Shown here one piece after another: positions 38,834 to 46,787 of a stretch of DNA of 64,000 nt (positions within the stretch are counted from its first letter, which is position 1; every line of letters starts with the position of its first letter). A program made the translations under genes and the position numbers. Below the pieces are notes generated by a model. That model was not told where the DNA came from and searched no databases. It saw nothing but the letters and a program-made list of their open reading frames with translations. The DNA comes from Candidatus Tayloriibacteriota bacterium. GTDB lineage: Bacteria; Patescibacteriota; Minisyncoccia; Phycocordibacterales; PALSA-1337. The stretch lies in contig JANNAN010000007.1 of assembly GCA_031384385.1 (NCBI GenBank), positions 10,236 to 74,235 of the forward strand. Reading direction: 5' to 3'.

Positions 38834-40784
38834 ATTCATGAAAACAATTCAAGTAGCGGAAGCTACATACAAACAAACCGGAGAAAGTACAAAAATAAAT
38901 GAACTTGGAATGCGCGAAATGCAGGCTAAAGCATTTGAAAAACGTACTGCTCAATACCTACTTTTAAAAGCACCTCCAGCTTCAGGAAAGTCTCGTGCGC
39001 TGATGTTCCTTGCACTCGATAAGTTACAGAATCAAAATATCAAAAAAGTTATTGTTGCTGTTCCAGAAAAAACAATTGGTGGATCTTTCAGTGATACAAA
39101 TCTCAAAACTGAAGGTTTCTTTGCTGACTGGAAATTAAATGACGATTATAACTTGTGTACGCCAGGTACCGATGGTAGCAGTAGCAAGGTCCAAGCCTTT
39201 AAAAACTTTATGGACAATAACGAGAAGGTTCTTGTTTGCACCCACGCAACTTTGAGATTTGCCTGCGAACAGATCGAGGATTCAAAATTTAATGATACTT
39301 TGATTGCTATTGATGAATTTCACCATGTCTCTGCGGACAAAGAGAGTAGTACGCTTGGGCGCGTTTTACATGGAATAATGACTAATTCAAGTGCTCACGT
39401 GATTGCAATGACAGGATCTTATTTTAGAGGTGATGGTGTGGCGGTCCTATTACCTCAGGATGAAGAAAAATTTACAAAAGTTACGTATAACTATTACCAG
39501 CAACTCAACGGATATAATTTTTTGAAGTCGCTTGGTATCGGGTACCATTTTTATCAAGGTAAATATACATCAGCAATCAGTGAGGTTCTTGATACAAACA
39601 AAAAAACGATACTACATATTCCAAATGTTAATTCAGGTGAATCAACAAAAGATAAACTAAACGAGGTCGATCTTATTTTAGATATTATTGGCGAAGTAGA
39701 TCATCAAGATCATGATACTGGGGTTATTTACGTAAAAAGAGACGGAGACAGCAAGATATTAAAAGTCGCTAACCTTGTGGATGATTCTGTAGACCGTGAA
39801 AAAATATCAGGATATCTAAGGACAATGAAGAAGGAAGACGACATGGACATTATTATTGCACTTGGTATGGCAAAGGAAGGTTTTGATTGGCCATACTGTG
39901 AGCACGCTCTTACTGTCGGCTACCGAAGCTCTTTAACAGAGATCATTCAAATAATCGGTCGCTGCACTCGTGATAGTTCAAATAAGACACATGCTCAATT
40001 TACAAATCTTATTGCTCAGCCAGACGCACAAGATAGTCAGGTAAAGATATCAGTCAACAATATGCTTAAGGCAATTACATGCTCGCTACTCATGGAGCAA
40101 GTAATGGCCCCTCATTACAATTTTAAACCAAAGTTTCCGAATGACGGTACCGACTTTATCCCTGGTGAAATAAAAATAAATGGATTTAAAGAGCCGAGTT
40201 CAGACAGAGTAAGAGAAATTATTGAATCAGATATCAATGATCTCAAGGCTTCAATTTTACAGGACGACCAGATCGTAAGAGCCCTTCCTGGTAATGTTGA
40301 TCCAGAAGTTATAAACAAAGTAATGATCCCAAAGATTATTCGGATCAAGTACCCTGATCTGAGTGATCTTGAGGTTGAAGAAGTGAGACAGCATGTAGTT
40401 GTTGATTCTGTAATCAAGAATGGCGAAATAAAAGAAATCGGAGATAAACGTTTTGTTAGAATGGCAGGACAATTTGTAAATATTGATGAACTTAACATAG
40501 ACCTTATCGATAGGATAAACCCATTCCAGGAAGCCTTTGAGATACTTTCAAAATCAGTCACATCAAATATACTAAAAGTCATTCAGGATACAATCGACTC
40601 ATCAAGAATTGAAATGACTCCTGAGGAGGTTAGAATCCTATGGCCTAAGGCGAAAGAGTTTAAAGAAAGAACTGGTCGAGTCCCAGAACTTAACTCTGCG
40701 GACCCTCTGGAAAAGCGTTTAGCAGAGGCGTTGGTATACTTGAGAAAGATAAAAGTTGAACAAGCAAACAATAAGCATGAGTAA
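38817..40784 (+). CDS. YeeB-like superfamily 2 helicase/ATPase
   Basis: APPASGKS (Walker A), DEFHH, MTGS, KEGFDW and QIIGRCTRD motifs. Confidence 0.88.
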   Translation: MKQTNKFMKTIQVAEATYKQTGESTKINELGMREMQAKAFEKRTAQYLLLKAPPASGKSRALMFLALDKLQNQNIKKVIVAVPEKTIGGSFSDTNLKTEGFFADWKLNDDYNLCTPGTDGSSSKVQAFKNFMDNNEKVLVCTHATLRFACEQIEDSKFNDTLIAIDEFHHVSADKESSTLGRVLHGIMTNSSAHVIAMTGSYFRGDGVAVLLPQDEEKFTKVTYNYYQQLNGYNFLKSLGIGYHFYQGKYTSAISEVLDTNKKTILHIPNVNSGESTKDKLNEVDLILDIIGEVDHQDHDTGVIYVKRDGDSKILKVANLVDDSVDREKISGYLRTMKKEDDMDIIIALGMAKEGFDWPYCEHALTVGYRSSLTEIIQIIGRCTRDSSNKTHAQFTNLIAQPDAQDSQVKISVNNMLKAITCSLLMEQVMAPHYNFKPKFPNDGTDFIPGEIKINGFKEPSSDRVREIIESDINDLKASILQDDQIVRALPGNVDPEVINKVMIPKIIRIKYPDLSDLEVEEVRQHVVVDSVIKNGEIKEIGDKRFVRMAGQFVNIDELNIDLIDRINPFQEAFEILSKSVTSNILKVIQDTIDSSRIEMTPEEVRILWPKAKEFKERTGRVPELNSADPLEKRLAEALVYLRKIKVEQANNKHE

Positions 40785-41925
40785 CGATAATTTATTAGAT
40801 TTGATAAATGACGATGATTCCGGACTTCTTGATATTAAAGAGAAGGCTATTTCTATCACCCCAGACGATCGATTATTAGAATCATTTATGGAGATTAATG
40901 ACTTTTTTAAAACTCATAACTCAGAGCCAAAATCTGGTGGTGATATTCACGAGCACAAGCTTTCTTCAAGGTTGAAACATATCAGGGAAAATAAAGATCT
41001 CAAAGAATTTTTATCGAAGTATGATACATATAAACTATTAGCCGTAAGTACTAAGAATTTAGAGACCGTTAGTGATATCTTTGAAGATGATAGTCTTGGC
41101 CTGCTATCAGTTGAAGATACGTCAATTTTTAACATAACAAATGTTCCTGAAGTAGACAAAGATCGTTCGGATCCCGATTTTATTGCCAAGAGAGAAAGAG
41201 TTGTTGATTTTGAAAAATATAAGCATTTGTTTGATCAGTGTCAGAGAGAACTAAAAAACGGAACTAAAAAAATATCAAGTTTTGTTGAGGGTGAAATGAA
41301 AAAAGGTGACTTCTTTGTTTTAAGTGGAGTACTTGTGTATCTTGAGGACATCTTCAACCCTTACAGAGGTAATAGTCAGAAAATAAACCGAAGAACAAGA
41401 TGTATTTATGAAAACGGCACAGAATCAAATGTCTTACTGAGATCTCTTGGAAAGAGACTGTCTGAAGTCGGATATGCTGTTAAGGACAACGACCCGATGC
41501 CTGAAATTGATACCGACGATAAAGAAACTGGATATATTTATGTTTTAAAATCACTCAGTATGGATCCTAGAATTAATAGTACAAGAAATCTTTTTAAGAT
41601 TGGTTTTTCTACCATAACCGTTGAAGAAAGAATTAAAAATGCTGATCAGGATCCTACTTATCTTATGGCACCTGTTTCTATTGTGGCAACCTATAGGTGC
41701 TTTAACATGAACCCTCAAAGACTTGAAAGATTACTTCACCGATTCTTTACTGACTCATGTCTTGATATCGAAATAACTGATAAAAGCGGAAATAAATATA
41801 CTCCCAAGGAATGGTTCGTAGCGCCGATTGTTGTTGTCGAGAAAGTTATAGACCTAATCATAAAGGGAGATATCGTTAATTATGTATATGACAAAAGTAC
41901 TGAAAAAGTCATTTTAAATCAATAA
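40777..41925 (+). CDS. YeeC-like T5orf172/GIY-YIG nuclease-domain protein
   Basis: GYIYVL..LFKIGFS..VEERI..LERLLHRFF..EWF. ATG overlaps the helicase stop. Confidence 0.85.
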   Translation: MSNDNLLDLINDDDSGLLDIKEKAISITPDDRLLESFMEINDFFKTHNSEPKSGGDIHEHKLSSRLKHIRENKDLKEFLSKYDTYKLLAVSTKNLETVSDIFEDDSLGLLSVEDTSIFNITNVPEVDKDRSDPDFIAKRERVVDFEKYKHLFDQCQRELKNGTKKISSFVEGEMKKGDFFVLSGVLVYLEDIFNPYRGNSQKINRRTRCIYENGTESNVLLRSLGKRLSEVGYAVKDNDPMPEIDTDDKETGYIYVLKSLSMDPRINSTRNLFKIGFSTITVEERIKNADQDPTYLMAPVSIVATYRCFNMNPQRLERLLHRFFTDSCLDIEITDKSGNKYTPKEWFVAPIVVVEKVIDLIIKGDIVNYVYDKSTEKVILNQ

Positions 41926-41934
41926 AGATTGTTC

Positions 41935-42654
41935 ATGAAAAATATAGAAGAAGGACTCAAAGAGATCTACGAAAATATAAGAAAATTAGAATCCTTAATA
42001 AATACTAAAAATGATCTTACTAGGATACATAAGGACAATGTATTTAATAGGAGATTTTCTGTTGTTCTCAGTGATTTTTCTGATCTTGAAACTATAGGAA
42101 TGAGACTTAATAAAAACATACCTGAAGTTGAGACTTTACAGAGGATTATACAAAAACGCTTCAAGTCCGAAGATAAGGACAGAATTACAGATGAAGGTCA
42201 AAGACTGCACCAAGAATCGGATAAGATTAATCGAGAAAATCAGGTAGATTTCAAATGTTTATATATTTTTTCAAAGATATTTCTTGATCAATATACTACT
42301 CTAATCAAATTATTATTTAATTGGCGAGGTATTGGCGACAAGTCAATTACAAGTTTTTATAATAGCCTAGAAAAATATAAAGGAGAGGAAGAACAGATCA
42401 TTTCTTTTAAAGATAGTTGCTTAAAAAGACTTAAAGCAATTGATGTTTTTGTAACAGAATACCGTGATCAATATGTTGTGCATGATCAAACTAAACATAA
42501 AGATACAAGATGGTTTTTAAATGATATGACGGGCAGTGTTAGATTTATTGGTGGTAGGCCATCAATAACACCACAGGAGTTGGTTTTTGTTGTTTCTAAT
42601 TATATTAAGGACTCCGTCACCTTTATAAAAGATCAAGAAAGCACCCTGAATTAG
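41935..42654 (+). CDS. Hypothetical protein, putative HEPN domain
   Basis: Helical ~240-aa protein with RDQYVVH (Rx5H); last gene of the operon. Confidence 0.55.
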   Translation: MKNIEEGLKEIYENIRKLESLINTKNDLTRIHKDNVFNRRFSVVLSDFSDLETIGMRLNKNIPEVETLQRIIQKRFKSEDKDRITDEGQRLHQESDKINRENQVDFKCLYIFSKIFLDQYTTLIKLLFNWRGIGDKSITSFYNSLEKYKGEEEQIISFKDSCLKRLKAIDVFVTEYRDQYVVHDQTKHKDTRWFLNDMTGSVRFIGGRPSITPQELVFVVSNYIKDSVTFIKDQESTLN

Positions 42655-42664
42655 GGCCTAAATT

Positions 42665-42703
42665 GCCCTGTGTACGCTTTTCCAAGCCTATTCAGGGCTT
42701 TTT
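42665..42703 (+). terminator. Intrinsic terminator of cargo operon
   Basis: GCCCTG...CAGGGC stem followed by TTTTT. Confidence 0.65.
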
Positions 42704-42747
42704 ACGTGTCTTGGCCAATACCCACTAATTTGCACTAATTCCGACCC

Positions 42748-43188
42748 CATACTTACTGGGTCCTGGGAAATTGATTGCACACACTTTTCAACATTTTTAG
42801 CGCCTCATACTATGTGGGTCCAGTAAAAAAGTAGAAATTGACTCCGCACGATTTTCCACGTTTTTACCAGGACATACTTATAGGATCCAAAGAGATAAAA
42901 GTAATTCCTACAGTTAGGAACTTTATACACCTTAGGATAAACCCATAATCTTAGGCCTAAAAAGTAATGCACCATATTTTGCATTTTTTAGAGCCTAGGA
43001 TTAAGTAGTTCTCTGGTCCGAAGTAATTCCTGCAATTAGTGAATTACAAGACCTCAGAATAGACAAATCGGATGACCCAAAAGTAATGCACGTAATTTTG
43101 CATTAAATAAGGTCTACGATACATACATTCCCATTGCACGGAAAGAGCTGAGTCAACTTGCAATGGGGACTCAGCTCTTTCTGTTTTC
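42748..43188 (+). ncRNA. Candidate structured non-coding array of ~60-nt hairpins
   Basis: ORF-free region of consecutive imperfect hairpins. CATACT linkers at 42748, 42806, 42873. AAGTAAT cores at 42899, 42962, 43021, 43081. Ends in a perfect 14-bp stem. Confidence 0.45.
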
Positions 43189-43228
43189 AAAAAGAGCCAG
43201 CTCGATAAAGGTCGAAAGAAAAACCCTC

Positions 43229-43510
43229 ATGCTTACCAAACACGCACTAGAAGAATACAAAGAAATACATCGCCAGGAAACCGGCGCGGTTTTTCCTGAT
43301 GACGTGTTGGCTAATGAGGCAATTAACTTGCTTACTCTTTTTAACTTTGTCTATCGACCGATCAAAAAAGAGTGGCTGAAAGAATATGGACGACAAAATA
43401 AATCTAAACGAGGAATGGCAGAGAATTCTCAGTCAGAAGAACAAATCGCCGAAACGAGTGGCGAAGTTCGAAGAATTCAAAAAGACCCATCTCGAACAAA
43501 CCAGGAGTGA
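43229..43510 (+). CDS. Small helical protein upstream of rep/recombinase
   Basis: MLTKHALEEYKEIHRQETG...AINLLTLFNFVYRP. ATG 43229 preferred because 43163 lies in a hairpin loop. Confidence 0.65.
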   Translation: MLTKHALEEYKEIHRQETGAVFPDDVLANEAINLLTLFNFVYRPIKKEWLKEYGRQNKSKRGMAENSQSEEQIAETSGEVRRIQKDPSRTNQE

Positions 43511-44375
43511 AATAAATCCGGACACACTTCGCAGTAAGAAAAAGCCTAACAGGTTTGTTGTCGATAACGAGTATGTCAAAGGTTATTATCTGGCGAAATT
43601 TCCACCGGTCTGTTCCCAGGTGCTTTTGACGTTACTTGTCCACTGCAATCTCAATAGACAGGATGCGTTTCCGAGCATTGTCACTATTCAAGAACTCTCC
43701 GGATGTACCAACACTCGAAGTGTCATTAGTGCTCTTAGGATTCTTGAGGCCTACGGGATAATTAACATTCGTCGGTCCAAGAGAGGGGTAAAAGCAGTGA
43801 ATGTCTATTTCTTTCAGTCGGTCCGACATTGGAGACCACTCTCAAAGAGCATGAAAAAGATTAAGCTCACCGATCCATTACCGCAATGGCAAAATCCCGT
43901 CCAGAGCACTGGCAGAAAACAGACCTATCGTACTGGCCCTACTGCCAGTCTAACTAACCTAAGAGAAAACTATAATAATAAAATACAAAATATTGGAGAT
44001 ATTTTAAGGGAAAGATTCAAAATGCCAGAAGACCCGTCTAAGGTTGCTATTCCTACACCTTCTAGCAATACTGTCGTCGATGACAAAAAGGCAGAAGACA
44101 TGGAACCTGATACGCCTGTTAGAACAGGTGAAAAACAAGGGTATCGTACTGGCACTAATGCCACTACGATTGATACCCGTAATAACGGGAAATTAACGGG
44201 AACCGAAAGTCAGAGACATGGCATGTCATCAGCCGTTTATAAACGGGAAATAACGGTCGAAAAACCTCCCGAGGATCCATTTGTAAATGGTGAAAAATGG
44301 ACTAAGGAAGATGAGGGTATCGGTCTGATGAATATCAACAATGAAGATATCGGACCAGGAAGCGCAACATTATAA
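43386..44375 (+). CDS. HTH protein resembling phage/plasmid replication initiator N-termini
   Basis: AFPSIVTIQELSG..TRSVISALRILEAYGII...NVY wHTH pattern; internal DNA repeats. Confidence 0.65.
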   Translation: MDDKINLNEEWQRILSQKNKSPKRVAKFEEFKKTHLEQTRSEINPDTLRSKKKPNRFVVDNEYVKGYYLAKFPPVCSQVLLTLLVHCNLNRQDAFPSIVTIQELSGCTNTRSVISALRILEAYGIINIRRSKRGVKAVNVYFFQSVRHWRPLSKSMKKIKLTDPLPQWQNPVQSTGRKQTYRTGPTASLTNLRENYNNKIQNIGDILRERFKMPEDPSKVAIPTPSSNTVVDDKKAEDMEPDTPVRTGEKQGYRTGTNATTIDTRNNGKLTGTESQRHGMSSAVYKREITVEKPPEDPFVNGEKWTKEDEGIGLMNINNEDIGPGSATL

Positions 44376-44380
44376 AAACT

Positions 44381-46042
44381 ATGAATAATAAAATACCCAC
44401 AATCAAATACTTCCTCTACGCTAGAAAATCTAGTGAAGCGGAAGACAGACAAGCGGCATCAATCGATGCCCAGAAAGATGAACTCTTAAAGATTGCACAA
44501 GAGCAAGGTTTAACCATTGTTGAGATTCTTACCGAATCACAGTCAGCTAAGAAACCAGGAAGACCGATATTCAACAAGATGCTTGAGCGAATCTACAAAG
44601 GCGAAGCAAATGGAATCATTTGTTGGAAGTTGGACCGACTTGCTCGTAACCCAGTAGATGGCGGGCAGATAAGCTGGATGTTACAGCAGAGTGCGATCGC
44701 ACAGATCGTTACGTTCGGCCGAACATACTATCCGACTGATAACGTTCTCATGATGCAGGTTGAGCTTGGAATGGCGAATCAATACATCCGAGACTTGTCG
44801 GTAAACGTAAAGCGAGGACTGGCAAAGAAGGTCCGAGAAGGCTGGCTACCAAGTATGTGTCCAGTCGGGTACATGAGTACACCTGACAGAGAAAAGGGAT
44901 TCAAGACAATCATGAAGGACCCTGATAGATTTCCTGTAGTAAAAAGATTGTTCGATTTAATGCTCAGTGGTAATTACAGCACCTGCCAAATATGGGACGT
45001 GGCTCGTAAGGAGTTGAATCTGAAAACATATCAGCGCAGACATATGGGTGGCAAACATCTTTCCAAAAGTGGTATCTATGCACTCTTGAGCAATCCTTTC
45101 TACTACGGCTGGTTTGAATATCCCTACAAGAGCGGAGAATGGCACAAAGGTGCGCATGAGGCCATGATCACCGAAGAAGAATTCAACAAGGTCCAGATCA
45201 TTATGGGTAGGACTATGCAACCTCGGCCAAGACCAGAGCGCAACTTTGCATTTACTTCACTCATGAAATGTGGCACGTGTGGCTGTAGCATTACTGCTCA
45301 GGCGAAAGTAAAACGCCAGAAGAACGGCAACGTCCACCACTACGTTTATTACAATTGCACCAAGAAAAAAGTAGACGTGAAGTGTCCCGAGCAATGTCTC
45401 GAACTCAAGAACCTCGAACTAGATATCAAAGGCAAGCTAAGCGAGATCACTATTTCAGAAAGATTCAAAGACTGGGCGATCAAGCACCTCCATGAACTCC
45501 GAAAGACGGAAGTCGATAGCGACACCTTGGTCTTTAAGGGCAAACACAAAGAGCTTGAGGAGGTAACAAAGAATTTGCAGTCACTCACGCTCAACTTCAC
45601 CTCACCTAAAAACAGCGAAAGAGCGATAATTACAGACGAAGAATACCAAACTCTCAAAGTTGGAATGGTGAAAAAGAAATTGATCCTCGAAGACGAACTG
45701 AAAGTAAAAAATAAAGAGGTTTTGGAATGGATAGACCTCACCGAGCAGACCTTTGACTTTGCCTGCTATGCCCACATTTGGTTTGAAAAAGGAGACGATA
45801 AAGCCAAAAGAGCGATACTTGCATGTTTAGGCTCGAACCTCACCCTAAAAGGCAAAAAGGTCTTTGTAAATTACCATTCTTTCGTAAAGACACTCATAAA
45901 AAGTCGTCAGGCGGTTGAAGACGAATTAGAGAAGGTTAGAACCTCCAAAGTATCAAGCAATAAAAGACAAAACCCCACAAATTGTGAGGTTTCGTCACTA
46001 GGGCTCCGGCGGCAGGGATCGAACCTGCGACCTTTCCGTTAA
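44381..46042 (+). CDS. Large serine recombinase (integrase)
   Basis: YARKSSE catalytic Ser, KLDRLARN, recombinase domain, Zn ribbon CGTC..YYNC..C and coiled coil. The last 13 codons including the stop are antisense to the tRNA. Confidence 0.95.
   Translation: MNNKIPTIKYFLYARKSSEAEDRQAASIDAQKDELLKIAQEQGLTIVEILTESQSAKKPGRPIFNKMLERIYKGEANGIICWKLDRLARNPVDGGQISWMLQQSAIAQIVTFGRTYYPTDNVLMMQVELGMANQYIRDLSVNVKRGLAKKVREGWLPSMCPVGYMSTPDREKGFKTIMKDPDRFPVVKRLFDLMLSGNYSTCQIWDVARKELNLKTYQRRHMGGKHLSKSGIYALLSNPFYYGWFEYPYKSGEWHKGAHEAMITEEEFNKVQIIMGRTMQPRPRPERNFAFTSLMKCGTCGCSITAQAKVKRQKNGNVHHYVYYNCTKKKVDVKCPEQCLELKNLELDIKGKLSEITISERFKDWAIKHLHELRKTEVDSDTLVFKGKHKELEEVTKNLQSLTLNFTSPKNSERAIITDEEYQTLKVGMVKKKLILEDELKVKNKEVLEWIDLTEQTFDFACYAHIWFEKGDDKAKRAILACLGSNLTLKGKKVFVNYHSFVKTLIKSRQAVEDELEKVRTSKVSSNKRQNPTNCEVSSLGLRRQGSNLRPFR
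45959..45996 (-). terminator. Element-encoded terminator downstream of tRNA-Asn
   Basis: Minus strand GACGAAACCTCACA-att-TGTGGGGTTTTGTC-TTTTATT; fully paired only with G-U pairs on the minus strand. Confidence 0.7.
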
Positions 46043-46075
46043 CAGCGGATTGCTCTACCTCTGAGCTACACCGGA
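46004..46075 (-). tRNA. tRNA-Asn(GTT)
   Basis: TCCGGTG/CGCCGGA acceptor stem, D arm GCTC..GAGC, anticodon loop CT-GTT-AA, GGTTCGATCC T arm, G discriminator, CCA not encoded. Confidence 0.97.
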
Positions 46076-46254
46076 ATGTGTATTAATTTCGTTCCTTTTG
46101 TTAAGAACATAAGTATACTATCAGATATATATATAAAAGTGAAGATAAAATAGATTATTATAAATAATAATAAAAGATTATTTGAGCTAGATTTTAAACA
46201 TTGAAATTAAAGAAAAATGAGAGTATAATTTATATATAATATTAAAATACCATT

Positions 46255-46623
46255 ATGAATATACAAATAAAAACAACAACAATTAGTCTTACTCCAGCAA
46301 TCTCAGAATATGTAGAAAAAAAGTTAAATTCAATTGAAAAATTTTTCAAAAATGATAGTACATTAAAATTTGATCTTGAATTGGGAAAAACAAACAATCA
46401 TCATAAAAATGGAGATATATTTAAGGCAGAAATTCATATAGTAGCAATGGATACAAATATTTATGCTAGTGCAGAAAAAGAAGATTTATATGTTGCTATT
46501 GATTCTGTAAAAGATGAAATTTTGAGAGAAATAAAAAGTTCAAATAGTAAAAGAAGATCATTAATTAGAAGAGGAGGTGCTAGAATTAAAAATATTTTAA
46601 AAGGTATTTGGCCAAATAAATAA
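46255..46623 (+). CDS. raiA: Ribosome hibernation promoting factor (HPF/RaiA)
   Basis: MNIQIK..LTPAISEYVEKKL...DLYVAID. Confidence 0.9.
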   Translation: MNIQIKTTTISLTPAISEYVEKKLNSIEKFFKNDSTLKFDLELGKTNNHHKNGDIFKAEIHIVAMDTNIYASAEKEDLYVAIDSVKDEILREIKSSNSKRRSLIRRGGARIKNILKGIWPNK

Positions 46624-46634
46624 TTATTTTTTTA

Positions 46635-46787
46635 ATGCCTAATTATTTTAAACAACAAATAAATAAATGGCTTTGTTTAATTTTTATAGGAGTTTTATTA
46701 TTTTGGATTGCTGTCTATTATCTAAAAGGTATCGCTGAAGTTGCTGGAATGAAACAACCACCAATAGAACTTTATCTTAGTTCATAA
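46635..46787 (+). CDS. Small single-pass membrane protein (50 aa, not in ORF track)
   Basis: MPNYFKQQINKWLCLIFIGVLLFWIAVYYLKGIAEVAGMKQPPIELYLSS*; fills the gap after hpf. Confidence 0.5.
   Translation: MPNYFKQQINKWLCLIFIGVLLFWIAVYYLKGIAEVAGMKQPPIELYLSS

Larger units (their letters stand above)
33798..46006. mobile_element. ~12.2 kb serine-recombinase integrative element in the tRNA-Asn 3' end
   Basis: Recombinase runs into the tRNA. GCTC core at both ends (33798-33801 and 46003-46006). In-frame displaced recombinase tail at the left end. Visibly higher GC than the flanks, with defence-type cargo. Confidence 0.85.

Noticed and set aside
40115-41189. Minus-strand ORFs inside the helicase and T5orf172 genes, and similar shadow ORFs elsewhere
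   Set aside because: Fully nested within well-supported genes.
42748-43125. CRISPR or TIGR-type guide array
   Set aside because: No identical repeats with unique spacers, no cas or Nop-domain gene nearby, and the units are ~60-nt self-complementary hairpins.
43163-43228. ORF-track start at 43163
   Set aside because: The ATG lies in the loop of a 14-bp hairpin; 43229 is the more plausible start.
33798-46006. Prophage or ICE
   Set aside because: No capsid, terminase, tail, relaxase or T4SS genes are recognisable.
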